Below are positions 63,601-64,000 of a stretch of 64,000 bases of DNA, piece after piece. Location of the stretch: the NCBI GenBank assembly GCA_000708835.1, contig DF236955.1, forward strand, positions 372,001 to 436,000. The letters are read 5' to 3'. A model generated the notes under the pieces. That model did no database searches. It was not told the origin of the DNA and worked only from the letters and a program-made list of their open reading frames with translations. Position 1 is the first letter of the stretch. Every line of letters starts with the position of its first letter. Source of the DNA: Klebsormidium nitens (taxonomy: Eukaryota; Plantae; Klebsormidiophyceae). Both the position numbers and the translations under genes were made by a program.

Positions 63601-64000
63601 TAAAGATTACCCTCCTCTCGGTCCGATTGCAGCTGGCCGCGCGTTATGACAAGAAGCGCGGCGGCTTCGGGAGCGCGCCCAAGTTTCCCCGCCCCGTGGA
63701 GATCAACCTGCTCTTCCGGCGCCTGCTACGGCTGACGGAGAAGGGCGACAAGACGAGCGACGCAGTTCGCGAGATGGTGCTGCACTCGCTGACGGCCATG
63801 GCGCGGGGGGGCATCCACGACCATGTGGGAGGGGGGTTCCACCGCTACTCCGTCGACGAGTACTGGCACGGTGAGGGCGAGAGAGGCCCGGTTCCGCATA
63901 TGTGGAAAGTTTTGATTTTGGGGGGTCATTATCCGTGGGGTGGAAAAGGATCCTTTTGTGAGCATTGTCTTTCACTGAAGGAGGTCTTCTTCAGACGCAA
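60677..64000 (+). CDS. SPATA20: SPATA20/YyaL-like thioredoxin-domain (DUF255) protein with organellar presequence; truncated by the window end
   Basis: Exons to 61190, 61392-61485, 62062-62322, 62696-62852, 63633-63870. [100 protein letters not shown]. Confidence 0.96.

Noticed and set aside
1-64000. CRISPR arrays, rRNA genes and prokaryotic operon features
   Set aside because: None seen; the DNA is eukaryotic with spliceosomal introns, and the tandem repeats lack spacers.

Overview
Eukaryotic, intron-rich nuclear DNA (about 50-55% GC by eye, GC-rich exons, almost all GT-AG introns). Gene content is plant-like and there are TTTTAGGG-type telo-boxes, so I infer a streptophyte green alga such as Klebsormidium; this is not verified. 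I could splice-assemble about 14 protein-coding genes, most in head-to-head pairs: an RWD-RBR E3 ligase (RNF14-like, runs off the left edge), PAC2/PSMG2, an EID1-like F-box protein, a fungal-type NTF2-like protein, a VOC/glyoxalase protein, TSPO, a 1,652-aa multidomain protein, two conserved plant hypotheticals, one unknown membrane protein, mitochondrial bL21, NAA20, an F-box/kelch protein, dihydroxyacetone kinase (about 18 exons) and SPATA20 (runs off the right edge). The standout is the gene at 23764-31019. Its spliced product has a clear GREB1/base-J-glucosyltransferase-type (TAGT) glycosyltransferase domain, a tentative N-terminal HxD 2OG-Fe(II) dioxygenase-like domain and an ARM-like tail. 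That would be a candidate one-polypeptide 'oxidise-then-glycosylate' DNA base hypermodification enzyme. All homology calls come from my memory of family motifs, not from database searches. No intact transposon, rRNA, intact tRNA or CRISPR array was seen.
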